Assembly (NCBI RefSeq): GCF_002105155.1
Contig: NW_019028979.1
Location: 496,001-560,000 of the forward strand
Origin: Lobosporangium transversale
Taxonomy: Eukaryota
Reading direction: 5' to 3'
DNA length: 64,000 nt
In this document: positions 1-13,500 of the stretch, one piece after another
Layout of the letters: every line of letters begins with the position of its first letter
How positions within the stretch are numbered: the first letter of the stretch is position 1
Program-made: the position numbers and the translations under genes
The notes under the pieces: model-generated
Databases searched by the model: none
The model's input: the letters and a program-made list of their open reading frames with translations, nothing else
What the model was told of the DNA's origin: nothing

Positions 1-445
1 ATAGTAAAGGAGCCTCTTACTATACAAGGGAAGTGAGAAAGGAGTCGAAAGGGGGGGGAGAAGGGGTGAAAGGAGTAAAGAAATGAAAGGGACAATTTCA
101 GTCATCGACTGTGGATTATCATTTGCTATCCCAAATCATCAAGAGGCGAATGGGAGGAGCTTGTTTGCATTAACGGTTCACGACACTGTTTTAATCAATG
201 CTAGACTTATTGCTCATCCTTATTACATGTGCTTTTTCTTCAAATCCATGGTAATGAGACTAATAGGAAAAGAGTAAGTCTACATTTATTACACATGTGC
301 AATACAACGCAACGCGATGAGGAATGAATAATGCTATATAACAAGGTTAAAGGAGTAAATAATGATTATTATATTTATCATCATATCCTTTTTAACCTTT
401 ACAATTCTCACTCGGAGACTGTGCATTTAATGATTTTCATATCCT

Positions 446-479
<34 letters not shown>

Positions 480-3400
480 CTCAGGCTTGTCGCCTACGGA
501 TCCTCATATGCTCGCATTTATACAATAAAACAGACTAATAGATGATATCGGGATGCACTTTTGTTTATCAAAATATTATTTATACAATTTCTACAGTTAT
601 ACATGTATAAAACAAAGGCATGCACGCATGCGTGTGTATAAATATGTTTATATATATAAAATACGTAAAAAAAAAAAAAAAGTACATGTATTGTTTATGA
701 GCAATGTCGAGTGTTGAGAACAAACAGGATTGGGGGGGTCCTTGAGGATTGGTGTTGTTATCACGCAAGAAAGGTTTGGCGATACAATTTTCTAAAAGAG
801 ATATAGGTCGTTTTGGTCATGGGGTTTTGTTCAAAGAAGGTCGGTGCCATAACTTTCATGTACATGTATAGCAATCATTATATTGTTGCGATATGTATTT
901 TTCTGTGTATAATCAATCACTTTTCTAAAAGAAAGTTTGGAAAAGGATTGTGGGTGCCAGAATACAATACTTTAAAAAAAAAAAAAAAAAAGGCTGGCCT
1001 AATTGGGTTGCACTGAATGTGTCCAGATACATGTACATGTATCCATGTAGATACAGTAGACACAATACATTGAAATATACACATGTTGTGTACTGATAAT
1101 TGTTTCGTGTTTATTGTTATATATATATTTATATTCTTCATATCCTGTTGTATCCTTTGAAACTTGTCTGCAATGAAAAAGGTAATTAAGAACATTGTGT
1201 AACATTATAATTGATAAATATTGACTAGTTCAGCTCACAGCTCTCGCTTTTTTTACCCCTTGTTTGTTTCAAGAGGTATCATTTGCATCTCATCATATGC
1301 CTGCATCTGTGAGAGCACTTGCACGCTTTTTTTTTTTTTTTTTTTTATCACTCTCACTGTTCTGTTTTGTCTCAAGACGAAGACGAAACGAGGAATGGAT
1401 TGAGAAATGCTTTGGATGGAAGGATGAGAGAAAAAGAATGTGTTGTTGATTCGTTGGATCTTGGGTTGATATCGGTGAGAACCACACAGTGATCGAGTCC
1501 GCGTGGCCATCAAATCACTCGCAATCCCCTTGATTGAACGAGGTTGCTTGTGTTAATGATTGCGCTCGTGCCCCTGCGTACCCATTCATGAAGGAGAAAT
1601 GAGGGGCCCAGGACGTGGTTCCCAGGTCTTGATAGAGCATGGCAAGATGCGCAAATTCTTTTTTTCTTTTCTTACAGCCATCCATCGTATCCATCCATCT
1701 GTCATCGCTCTGAGTTTAACTTTTGCTTCTTCCTTCTTGATTGTTTTGCTCGGAGTAAAAGAAGAAGGAAGGGTGACTGATCTGAATGTATTTGTTTACA
1801 TGGTCAAAAAAAAATTGGTTTTTTTTTTTTTTTTTTTTTTTTTCTTTTGCAAGTGCCTTGGGTGCTCACACTAGACCTACTGATGACATGCAGGTCTACT
1901 TCGCTGAACACATCATTTGATTCAGTTTGCCTCACGCCTCAAAAGATGAATTGTTTGATGATGAGCGTTTTTGGGCTTACTCAGTTATCAACGAATAATG
2001 CAATGAGAATGCGTGTGTGTGTGGTCAAGCGGTAGCTATTTGACGTGGTTTTGCCATTCTGCCGCAATAAAACCCCTTCTTGGGTTCTCCGTTCGAGTAG
2101 AGATATAGAGTAATACTACATTTAAAGTGAGTATGGTAGATGGAAGTAAATAGATTAATAAAAGTTTTTCAGAGCCATGCACAGAAATGTCCCTTTCTTC
2201 ATATTATACCTATCGGAGAAGGGGCCAATAAGTCAAGATAGACATGAAGCTTTCTTTTGTTGATTTAAAGACAGCCATAAGAGCACTACGGTATATGTAT
2301 AACAAATATTATATACTAATATTGTATAAACGTATTGTTCATTTCGAACAAAGTAACATTGTGTTCAACGTGTTGTGTAGGATTTTGGATCTGTTCATTT
2401 CTTGGGTCTTCTCCACGTCTTTGGCCAAACATGGTTTAAAGAGCAACCCTGGTTGTTTTTTTTTTTTTTTTTTTTTTTTTTTGTTTTGAATTCAATTGAC
2501 CGAGAATGAATAGTTTAATATATTCCGCAATACAAAGCTCTATTTCTCATTCCGGAATCGTACCCTGTTCATTGTAAATAAAAGTATAAACAGTATATGT
2601 ACATATAAATTTCTTTACATCGGTATGTCTGTGTGTGTAAAGAATACATTAGCCCATTGACGGCTAACAGTGACATGTATGTACATTCGCTTTATTATAT
2701 ACTGTCGATGGTGATGGTAGTGCCACCGTTCCCGCTGCCCATGTAAGAGTTATGCTTATTGAGATCCAGGTGTGACGGTATGAATAGCAATATAAGATAT
2801 GTTTAGCTTTATTTGCACTGCCCCAAAGGTGGGAACTGCCTCTTTTTTTGATCTGGCATGCTTGCAGACCGGGCTCCTCCCCTTCCATTCTCGCGACAGT
2901 TTTCGATTTGCTCTGCTCTGTCCTTGAAATATACGATTGGTGTGTATATGTATATACCAATTGTCCTTTACGGGATATGATTCAGACGCAGTATCAGGAT
3001 CGATCATGAACGAAAAGAGAGAAGAATGCGAAGAGACTATGAGGAGAAACAGGAGAAAGAAATTAACGAGAGTGAGGGAGAGCCTGTTGTTCTGCTTTAC
3101 TTCTCAAGCTTCAGTGGTTAATTTTTTTTTTTCTACTTCAGGAAGACCAGTTAGGGCAGATCCCTTCCTCCAGTTCGATTACGTTGCTGTCGTAATAAGA
3201 AAGATAAATAAATAAAAAAAACCTTGGCGTGCTAACGAGTGCCTTGGGCTCGGAAAAAAAAAAAAAAAAGGGTCCACAAGGAGAGAATCAGGAAGGAGGA
3301 GGGTCAGAGGCGGTGCAGAACTAATGGCAGTGATTGATTAGGTCGTTGGTCACCGATTTTTATTTTGATCAGAAGAAGACGGACCTGTCAACTGTCATTG

Positions 3401-3816
3401 TTCCCGCAGGATTGTCTGACAATGGACAATAAAAAAAAAAAGAGTTCTTTTGGTTTTTTGTATTACGTACTGGTCCTTCGACTTGTTGAGGCTGTCTTTT
3501 TTATTCTACATGTTTGCATAGTCTACAATACATTTCAGAAGGAGGGAGGTCAGGCACTGAGGATGCATGGACGATGATGTATACTAACTGAAATACACTT
3601 TGCCCTGTGTCTTTTTTTTTTTTTTTTTTTTTTTGAATACTCGGTCGAGTAAACCATTTTTTATTCTCCACTCTGGCTTGTTGCCGTTGTACCGTCCTGT
3701 CCTATCCCAACTTAGTCTTTTATTTTATTTTTATCCTTCTTTTCTTCCTCTCTTTCTCTCTCTCTCCTTCCCTTGACCCATCATCCCCCACCCATCCTGC
3801 ACTTCGTCTCCTTGTG

Positions 3817-3852
<36 letters not shown>

Positions 3853-4275
3853 CTTCTTCTCTTTTTTGACTCATCTTCATTTCTTTTCCTTTCTTCCTTT
3901 CCTTTCCTTCCTTCCTTCCTTCCTTCTTTCCTTTTTTTTTATTTACTTTTTTTTCTTTTTCATTCTTCCTTTCAAATACTCATTGTCATCATTCTTCCTT
4001 CCTTCCTTTTATTTTCCATTCCTTTCTTACAACCCTATCTCGTCTATCATATTCATCACACCCACAACTTCCTCCTTTCATAAAGAAATACGTTCCAAAA
4101 AGCCTTTTGTCATTGCCACCATTCATATCTCTCAACCACATAATTATCTTAACCCTCCGTGCTCTTTATTTTTCTTTATCTCCATTCCCAGATTACAGCT
4201 CCTTGAACTCCCCACCTCTCCCCTTCCTCTTCGCCACGCTCCATTCCCAGACTCGAAAAGAAGTCATAGCCAAAG

Positions 4276-4311
<36 letters not shown>

Positions 4312-4544
4312 CCCACTTTAATACCAACATAGTTGACTAGGCGAACTTAAGCCTACGTATAGTTCTTACTTTCCTTCTTTGTCCACGTTCCTTGCATCTT
4401 ATTTTAAAGCCTTATATTCCAGGTGAAAACCTTGGAGCACGTCTTCGATCTTTTTTGTTCATTTTTCTGTCTTATAATTTTTTTTTTCTCTTTCTCTGTG
4501 TGCCTGGCTGCCTATCGATTGTTGATCAATCCAGGGCAATCAAC

Positions 4545-5728
4545 GTAAGTAGACTATTTATTTATTTGAATTGAGCACCATCTTTTTTGTCAGATGTGGG
4601 ATAAAAGGGCTGAATTGTCAATTTTCATCCTATAACCTCTGCTGGTCTTATAAGTCAGCAGTGACCCTCTGATGGGTCGTGGGTAACTATCGTGCAAGGG
4701 AACTGGGGCCAGTGACCTGGAAATCAACCAGTCTCATTGCCAATCACCCAAAAGGAAAAAAAAAAAAATCGAGGGCACTTCTACCACATCACATTCTTTC
4801 CATGGCTACAGACCGTCTTTTTTTATGCCTTCCTTCTCTTTTCCACTAAAAAGTCTGCCATGTTCACATTCTGTTTAAGCAGTTCTTTTTTTTTTTTTTT
4901 TTTTCCTTCTCTCCTCTGTCATCATTGTTTCTATTCAATTGACATTCTGTTCTCATCTCACACTGTGTCTTTTGTACTGTATGTATTTGCCAATTTTATT
5001 TGTATTGGCGTTGTTGGGCTTCCACACAAACATCCTCTCTCTATCAGTATTCATGCCGCGTAGCCCATCATTTGATGTGTTCTATTTTGGTACAACTGCA
5101 ATCAGGGACTGAGGGTGGCAGTAGATCGCATGGGGAGATTACGGCAGTCTGTTTGAGGCTTCTCCTTTTTTTTTTTTTCCGACCATGTTGGCATTTCAGA
5201 AACCACATGTCGTTATGAATAAACTCTTTCTCTGAGTCTTGGTTATGATTACCTTTTTCATTCATTCAAATCTCAATTTGGCTTCAGACGCCGCCTCTTT
5301 GAACATGCGCGGGGCTGGTGTGTGGTGGTGAAAGAGAAAGCAATCTCACCACATTTTTATCTTTCTGCCCAATCCCAACTTCCCCAGACTGAATGTGTTA
5401 TTCCTCCTGTCAACCATATCCTTCCTGCTATATCATTTTGACTTTCAGTGGTGGAACATCTTCCAGATGTATGTTGGTTTGGTGGAGATTAAACATAAAT
5501 CCCCATCCAAGTCTACTATCATATCTCTTCCCCGCAGCTACAGCTCCAGCTGATTGCTGATATTTCTTCTCTTCAGTTTTTGGCTTGGCCTCTCTCTCCT
5601 CCTGTCCTTTTTTTTTTTGTGTTTCAAAGTGTTTATTTGAACGGCCTGACAACTGAAAACAGCCAGTCATTGCTAACTGGCGTCACCTTTTTTTTTTTTT
5701 TTTTTTTTTTTTTTTGCACTGACTGTAG
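4545..5728 (+). other. Putative 5'-UTR intron of the homeobox gene
   Basis: Consensus donor GTAAGT at 4545. Branch-like GCTAAC near 5672, then a poly-T tract and TAG ending at 5728, 41 nt before the ATG. The pairing of donor and acceptor is inferred. Confidence 0.5.
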
Positions 5729-5769
5729 ACTAAAACACAGAAGTAACGTCTGCGACAGAACACGACTTC

Positions 5770-6195
5770 ATGAACCCGTATGAAGGTCGTGCACAGGACT
5801 TGAAGCAATCACTGCCACTATATCCAACTGCTCCGTCTTTTCCTTTGAAGCAAGGTCCGTCCCAGCATCTGCAGGCCCAATCAACTTTGTCTTCTGTCCA
5901 CACCACTTATCCACAGCAAAACACAATGCTTACCTTTAACCAACAACCACAGCAGCATCACCTTAACAACCAATATACTCAACGTATGCCCCCAGGCCCT
6001 TCTATAAAGAAACCAGAGCTTCTTCTTCAATCATCGACACCATTAGCTAACTCCACCATCAACTCAAGTACTAGCAATAACAACAGCAACGCTCAAATGC
6101 ATTCAGCAGCAGTAGCAGTAGCACAACAACAGCAACTACTTTTGCAGCAACAGTTGCAGCATAAGCAACAGCAGCAGCAACAGCAACAACAACAA

Positions 6196-6227
<32 letters not shown>

Positions 6228-8913
6228 ACAACAACAACAGCAGCAGCAACAGCAGCAACAACAACAACAACAACAACAACAGCAACAGCAGCATCACACA
6301 CAGCACCATCTTCAACAACATACAGCATACCAACAACGCCAATTTGGCAACTTTGAAACACCAAGTCCACCTACACCTTCCCCTTCTCCAGGCAACCACC
6401 CAACAATCCTCATACCTCATCCCAAGTTACACCAACTCGACATGTCCCAAAATTCACCAAGCGGTGATCCGGCATCGTCACCGTCACTGTCAGCATCATC
6501 ACCAACTAGTACCACATCCAAGAAACGCACGAGAGCCTCAGCTGAACAGCTCGCGATTTTAGAGGACACATTCTTGACAAATCAATCACCAAACTCCAAG
6601 GTGCGTGAGATCCTCGCCAAGAAAGTCAAGATGTCTGAGCGGTCTATTCAGATTTGGTTCCAGAATAGGAGGGCGAAGGTCAAGCAGGCACAAAAGCGGT
6701 CAGAGCTTGTCCAACAGGAGGCCATGAAAGCTCAGTATCTTAGCAGTTGTGCTGCTGCAGGTATTACGCCCCAACCTTTCTACGGATTTGGCGCGCCCAC
6801 TGCAGGAGCCAAAGCCTTCCCGATGGCGGCACATCTCCATCCTTCTGCCACAGCTCGTGCTACTCTTTCGCGAACTAATAGCTACGATGCTGCTCGAGCG
6901 TCTGCTGTGCAGGCACGTTTTGCGCAGACAGGCCTGGGTATTAATGTGCCTGGAGCGGCCAATGCTGCATTATGGAGTGGCCAACTCCCATACGGAATGC
7001 AACCTCAGAATCATCCAGGTTTTGCCTTCCGTCCAAATGTTCCTCAGGCTATGGCAGCTGCTCGAGGGGTTAAACGATCGTTTGGTAAGTAAGATGTAAA
7101 ATAAGAAAAAAAAAAAAAAAAAAAAAAAAAAGTAGTGAAAAGTATGTTCTAATGAAAGCTGCCTTTCTCATTGATTTTCTTCATAGACGCCACTAACGGT
7201 ACCCTCACTCCTGGTGCGGTTCCCAAGGCTCTTCATTTCCCCGGTGCGGTTGGTGCTGACGGATTACCTGAAGGCGTTGCCTCGCCTGATGTGATGTTTG
7301 CCGCCGGTCTGATGCCTGGTGCGTCTCAAATTCCTACCATGCCAACATTCAATTGTGACAACCTGGCTATTGGAACGTGGAGGAGAATGTCTACACCTAA
7401 TACGGATTTGAGCTGCTTCTACTGTCCTACCACAAGGATTATGACGTGGCAGATCATTGATCATGCTGCTCGTTTCAAGATGACATTCCCCCTAAGTGCA
7501 ATATCCCGTATTGAATTCTACGAAGTTGATGCCATGTATTCTCAAGTAGACTTTGATCTGCTTGAAACTCCTCAGTTCTTTATGGAAACTGTTTCAGAGG
7601 ACCAGACGCGCGATTGGAAGAAATGTAGTGACTTCACAGAAGGCAAACAGGCGACATTAGTAATGAGGCACACTATCCACGGAATTTCTTCGGCTCTCAA
7701 GATGCAGGTCATGAGCTTGACAATCGCATATCCCCCATTGCAGGGCATCACACACTACCGCGAGACACAGTTCCAAACACAATTCCACGGATTCACTGCC
7801 CCTATTCCTCAGATTTCTCAGTTCTTGGATCCTTCTCAATATGATCGTCGATTTGCTGCTACCCCAATGAATCCTGGGTCGTATTTGGGGCTGAATGACG
7901 GTCTAGACTCTGGCGAAGGTTCTGATATTGGCGAGGACTTCTATGATGGATCGAATACTTTCGGGACACCCTTTTCGGCCACTACCAGTGCACTTTTGGA
8001 TATGAATGCTGACGGTACTCAGCAACCGAGACTCAAGTCGCGCCGAACAGCAAGTATGCCAACGCCAGCTGTTAACAATTTCTTGACTACAGGGCTTAAC
8101 GCAGTACCCTACCACTCCTCGCCCTTATCAATGTACTCAACAACTGGCGTAGCCTTGGAGACGTCTACAAGTACGCCAGGACTTTTGCCCACCTCAGCTG
8201 CAGCTGCTGTAGCAGCCACAGTGACCCCAGCTGTAGGGGAATCGCAGACTGCATTGCCAGCGTCTTCAGTCCCAACCACATCCACCGCTCCGTCACAGAC
8301 AGTACAAGTGCCCGCTCCAACAGCGACAGCTTCTACTATAACTAGCTCCACGGCCGCGGAAACATCTGCAGCCTCTGTTACCGTCTCTGCGTCATCCACA
8401 GTGACACCGGCACCGGCTGCTACCCTTGCTCCTTCTATGATTGCTACTGCTACGACCATGCCTAAAGTGACCATCACAACACTAAGCGATTCAGCCGACA
8501 ATGGCGGCGCCGCTACAGAATCCACTACTATTGTCCATGGTGAAAACGATCAAGAAAAGGACAAAGGGGAGACACAACAGGAGGAGCAAGAAGAAACGAA
8601 GCAGACCGAAAATCAAATGGGCTTGACTTCTCAGTTCAATGAATTTTTAGCACAAGCTGTAGTATCGACATCGGCTCAAATGTCGGCACCCTTCGTTTCA
8701 GCAGCTTTCGGAGGTGGTATGATGTATGGTCATGCGCATCCTCAAGCCTTCCAGCTGGGAACATTAGATGATGGATCGGATAGTGGATACGAATTCAATT
8801 CTGGATACTATGGCATGATGCCCGAGCAGGCCTCGTTCGTCTCCATGAGTGATCTGGAAGGAAGCACCGGTCAACAAACAGACGGCGAAGAGAGTTCGTA
8901 TGGTCCATACTAA
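5770..8913 (+). CDS. Homeodomain transcription factor with polyQ N-terminus and a HOY1/Phx1/Pah1-type conserved C-terminal domain; exons 5770-7084, 7187-8913
   Basis: Homeodomain KKRTRAS...LEDTF...SERSIQIWFQNRRAK. Second exon has IGTWRR...FKMTFP...DWKKCSDFTEGKQA, typical of the fungal HOY1/Phx1 family. The GTAAGT...TAG intron 7085-7186 joins both ORFs in frame (G+AC = Asp). Confidence 0.9.
6166..6291 (+). repeat. Mixed CAA/CAG trinucleotide repeat encoding 42 consecutive Gln
   Basis: 126 nt of CAA/CAG codons in frame within the homeobox CDS. Confidence 0.95.
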
Positions 8914-9411
8914 AGTGGATCCACGCATGTGTCCGCTTACTCATCCATTTTTATAATCTCAAGCAGTCTCCAGCTTTTCTGTGTATCATGTTCAATGTCC
9001 TGTATTTCTGCAATATTCATGCCTCGATTCTGTACCCTCTTTGTATAGCCTTTCTCACAAACGAAACTTTCTCTTGATTACCATCGAACCCACACATATT
9101 TTTCCTTGATCCGTTCATCATTTACCATCCATCATCTTGGCCCGTTATGTTTGTTATTTATTTATTTTAGCCTTGCATGTCTTCATTTGATCTATACTAT
9201 TTTTTTTTTTTTTTGCATTGACAAACCTTTCCTTGGATATCCTCCACACCTCACTATGAGAGAATTTTAAAAAGCCAATAAAAGTATAGCCATGCATTCC
9301 TAGCAGTCACTTAATCAAATTAAAATGCTGACAAAACAATTTCGCATTCTTTTCTCCCAATGACCCTTTCACTCTCATTTTTTGTCAAACCCGCTTTTAA
9401 GAATTAAACTC

Positions 9412-12400
9412 ATGTCAGAAAGAACTTTCCCAACTTTGCCCGAAGACTGCGTCTTTGAAGTGTTGAAATATCTCTCCGCACGCGGTACTAACCTGTCTGA
9501 TACGTTGCCTCATTTCACTATGCCTTGTAAATTTTTAAATACATTTAATAATATATACTCCTGTGCCCTCACAATATGTAGATCTTGCATTGGTATCAAG
9601 GACTTGCAGCACTTGGAATAGGCTAGCGTGGAAGAATAGCTTGTGGCAACGCCTCTGTTTAGAGCGCTGGAGAACTTGGCCACTCCCTCCGTCATATTCA
9701 TCGTACTACAAAAACCAGTATAGCTACTCAGATGGCCGACTCGATGGAATGCTTGATGGAATGTCGATAGATTCACAAAAATCGGGGTCATTCTTGTCGC
9801 TACCAGATTCTTTAACTGACCTATATTCACCTGAGCGGTGGTACTCGACTTCTTATCCACCGTACGGATTCGACACATGGAAGGAAGTCTATAGAGAGCG
9901 GCATGAGAAGGATGGGATCGTTCGAGTGTTGCTACAGGAAATGGTGGAGGACCCCAGGAATAGGGTGCGTCATATGGATGGTATCGCGGAGGTTGGTGTG
10001 GTTCATGCACGCGATGTTTTAGAAAATATTATTGCAGGGAGAAACGGCGAGGTGAAGAATCTTACTCGGACATACTATGCCCGGAAAACGCTCAAAAGAC
10101 TTCGACGAGGCTGGGTACTTGACCAATGGCGTGCATACCGTTCCAATAGCCAGAACTTCCCCATCTGGCAGGGATGTGCACTTATGGCCATGTTCTCTGA
10201 TCATGAACTGGAGCTGACAGACATTGAAGATCAATTTCAGGAGCTTGCAGACGGATTTCTTGAAGACTCTCCTATACCCGAACAAGGAGACCATAGCCTA
10301 GCAACAACGCCACCTATTGTATCGAATACATTTGATAGAGGCAACTCTGAAAACTCGTCATTGGATGACTGGAATAAGAGGTGCTCTAGGTGGTTTGAGA
10401 CTCAGATCAATCGCCTTAAGCACTTGATTCGATTTTTTACGCAAGAGAAGGGATTTAAGGGTAACACCGAAAATTATTACGACCCATTCAATAGCTTTAT
10501 CGATAAGGTATTGGTGCGCAAGGTTGGCATTCCAATATCGCTGAGTATTATCTTCGCAGAGCTAGCACAGCGGGTAGGGATTGCAGGAGTGGAGTTGATG
10601 GGATTCCCGCAACATTTTATGATCCGCTATCGCCCATCAATGCTTGACCGCTCATTGGAGCCCCAGGTATCGCTATCAGAAGCAGCGCTAGAAGCTCCAA
10701 CATTCTACCTTGATTTGTTTCATCCGCCCCATCGGTTACTGTCAACAGAGGAGTACGAAAGCTACTTTTCTGTCTTGAATATACCGCGCCCATCCAACAT
10801 CTACAGAGATTTGCCAACACCACCACTAGAAATCTTCCTAAGATGCCTTCGGAACATTATTCGTGCGGTGGAACAGACCGGAGGAGCAGGGAGGTATAGT
10901 ATCCTGGAAACAGATTGTTATCAAGGTCATAGCGTTTAATGGTCAGCTTTCTCAAGAGTGTATGGATTATCGGTTTTATCTACTCAAATAGGATCGGGTC
11001 CGACCATCAAACAAGTCTATATTCTGGTATCACTCAACTACTTGCATTGCATCCTGGTGAAGAGTAAGCCTTTTCTATTTTGATCTCTTTGGATGGGAAC
11101 TAATGAATGCTTTGTTAAGTTTTTTTTTTTTTTTTTTTTTTTTTTTCAGTATCACTTGTCATTAACATTATCATGTCGGTCCCTGAAACCCGTAGATGGG
11201 AACTGTACGTTTTGTGGCTCAAATACCTTAGTAACTTCTGGCCAGAGGATATCGGATTTATCCGAACATCCATTGAGGATATGGAATTGATGGATCATCG
11301 ACGGTCTGTAACTAAAGCTTATGTGTCATCCACTATTTCACCCTCACAGAATCAGCATTCACAGCACCAGCAATCAAGCCATACCTCAGAATTCCATCGA
11401 GGAAGGCTTCATGAGGCGGCAAGTCGCTCCGACACTCATTTTGCATCAACGTCCAATGAAATAATCAGAATAATGAGGGCCCAAGTCAGAGAGCTTGAAA
11501 GGATGGATGAGGATGTAGATGTTGGTGAGATCCGTCGACGGAAACGACCCAAGGCTTCACCTGATGCTGATCAAAGCGACGCAGCCCAACTTCGATCTGA
11601 AGCGCGATCTCCTGATCAGTACATCACTGGAGTAAGCCAAGCATCATCGTCATCAATGCTTGGTGAACAGGTCAATAGCTCTATTGAGATGGAATCGGAT
11701 GAGCACCCCCATGCTCCCACGAGCAGGATTATAGCTCTGTTTGGAAACGAAGAACGTCGGCGACCTGAGCCTAAATATTATGTTGGTGAAGTTTTTCGGC
11801 ATTTGATTTACCGCTATACTGGAGTCATCTATGGATATGATCTGAGTAAGCTTAAGAAACGAAGGAAAAAAAAAAAAAAAAAAAAAAAATTGACAGCAGT
11901 TTTAAGCTTACAATGTATTTCATCATTTTTATTTTATTTTTATTATCCCACAAGAATGTGAGGCTCCGGACTCATGGATCCAATCTATGGGTGTTGACTT
12001 ACTCCCTCATGGAAGAAATCAACCTTTTTATAATGCTCTGTTGGCTGATGGTTCAAAACGATATGTTGCGCAAGTGAATATCCAAGCCCTTTTCCGAGAA
12101 TATAGGTCGTCTAATCCTATTTTAACTCATTCTATAACCTCATCTGCAGCGGATCAAATTCAATCTAATGATTCAGAATCATTAGTGTCATTCAGTCAGA
12201 CAGATTCAACTTCAACAGAGCCAGTATTAGCAGCGGCAGAGTCATCGGCTGTTACACCTGTTACAGAGTCAGCGCTGCCCACGCTTCAGTTCTCGGAGTT
12301 GGGACCACTTGAGATTGAAGCTGTGGGGCAATATTTTGAAGCCTGGGACGGACAACGTGGCTACTACATCATGAATAAAGAGCTTCGCAAGCTTTATCCT

Positions 12401-12418
12401 ACAGAAGATTATCTGTAA
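9412..12418 (+). CDS. FBXO21-like protein: F-box + transglutaminase-like (SirB1) + YccV/HspQ hemimethylated-DNA-binding-like domain; exons 9412-9484, 9582-10893, 10992-11063, 11196-11845, 11955-12418
   Basis: F-box LPEDCVFEVLKYLSARDLALVSRTCSTWNRLA. SirB1-like GFKGNTENYYDPFNSFIDKVL..GIPISLSIIF..GFPQHF. YccV-like PKYYVGEVFRHLIYRYTGVIYGYD..W..QPFYNALLADGSKRYVAQ. All four GT-AG introns keep the frame. Confidence 0.88.
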
Positions 12419-12799
12419 AAAAATAAATAAATAAATAAAATATCTCCGAATACCATGCCAAGTTTATTTGAAAGCACACAGAAGGTCGAGTGATTAACCT
12501 TATAGGGAACCATGTCCACGCAAATGTGTTCTTTGTATCTGTTATACTATTCCTCTTACATCCTTTCAAAAAGAAAAAAAATCCCGAGACAATTTTGTGG
12601 ATCAAGTGTAGCCAAGAAAGGGACTACTGACAACGATCCCTGCCTGATGTCGCTGGATCCTTCGAATGATGAGTCCCTGCCATCAAAAATAAAGCGTGCA
12701 AGTTGAATGATCCGTATAGAGTGGATAACAGCATTAGCTACAACATAGTGCAGCATCATTTCCTGAAAACTTGAAAATGTGCAGATGGATTTATTTGTA

Positions 12800-13408
12800 C
12801 TAGTTTAATGAAGGGGATGAGACTGACGAGGCAGGGATATTTGCAGCAAATTTCTCAAGTAACTGAGCCTCTTCTTTGGCAATCTCCTCTAACTCTTCAC
12901 GGGTCTGAAGTCCCTTAGTTTCCTTACGCAACTCATAGAGTTGTCCCAGTTGCTGATCCGTCATCTTGTCCAACAACCCCGGGTCGAGTTTCCTACCGAA
13001 CGCTCTTCCTTGTTCCACCATTCGTTGTAATGTTGTCTCTCTATTGATTTTCTCTTGTTCTTTCTTTATTGTGTCTATGGAGGTCGTTGATACTGTTGTT
13101 GGTATTGATGACATGGAGGAAAGAGATTCAGCTGCTTGCTGTTTCAGGTCCTGGTTCTGGCTCTGGCTCTGGCTCTGGCTCTGATTCTGCTTGGGTGAGG
13201 CAATGAGGATATGATTGAGATAGTCCTGCCACTGCTCTAGAAAGCCAACAATGTAAAGAGGATTATCGACATCTTTATGGCGATGAAACTCGGCTTTGAC
13301 ATAGCCATCTCCCAGAATCCGAAATTGTGGAGGCAAATGCTTTCGGTGGGCTCGGAGAATCTGTCTGTATAGGGTCAGAGGTGGAATGAGAGTCTTTTGC
13401 GATGCCAT
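12800..13408 (-). CDS. SDH7: Succinate dehydrogenase assembly factor 3 (ACN9/SDH7, LYR family), intronless
   Basis: LYRQILRAHRKHLP..LGDGYVKAEFHRHK..GFLEQWQDY and GRKLD...QQLGQLYEL are SDHAF3 hallmarks. Confidence 0.9.
   Translation of the reverse strand: MASQKTLIPPLTLYRQILRAHRKHLPPQFRILGDGYVKAEFHRHKDVDNPLYIVGFLEQWQDYLNHILIASPKQNQSQSQSQSQNQDLKQQAAESLSSMSSIPTTVSTTSIDTIKKEQEKINRETTLQRMVEQGRAFGRKLDPGLLDKMTDQQLGQLYELRKETKGLQTREELEEIAKEEAQLLEKFAANIPASSVSSPSLN
13153..13183. repeat. Hexamer microsatellite (CTGGCT)n encoding QSQSQS in SDHAF3
   Basis: Tandem ctggct units visible directly. Confidence 0.85.
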
Positions 13409-13490
13409 GATGCTCTTTATGAATAAAACTAAAACAGATATTTTTTCCCCCTGTGTCCGAAGTGATCCGGTTATAAATCCTTTTTTTTAA

Positions 13491-13500
13491 GGCACGTGAC
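13491..13500. promoter_or_regulatory. E-box GGCACGTGAC in the SDH7/RING divergent promoter
   Basis: CACGTG core about 85 bp upstream of the SDH7 ATG. Confidence 0.4.

Noticed and set aside
2018..2103. tRNA-like words TGGTCAAGCGGT and GTTCGAGT
   Set aside because: The T-stem and acceptor stem do not pair and no cloverleaf can be built.
3773..4340. Phe-rich hydrophobic ORFs, and many similar poly-F/poly-K ORFs across the window
   Set aside because: Products of poly-T/poly-A and CT-rich non-coding tracts, with no motifs or codon bias.
11141..11175. CAG at 11149 or ATG at 11173 as the start of a separate exon or gene
   Set aside because: Splicing from the GTAAGC donor (11064) to 11150 hits a stop. 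The TAG at 11195 restores the frame, so the ORFs form one gene.
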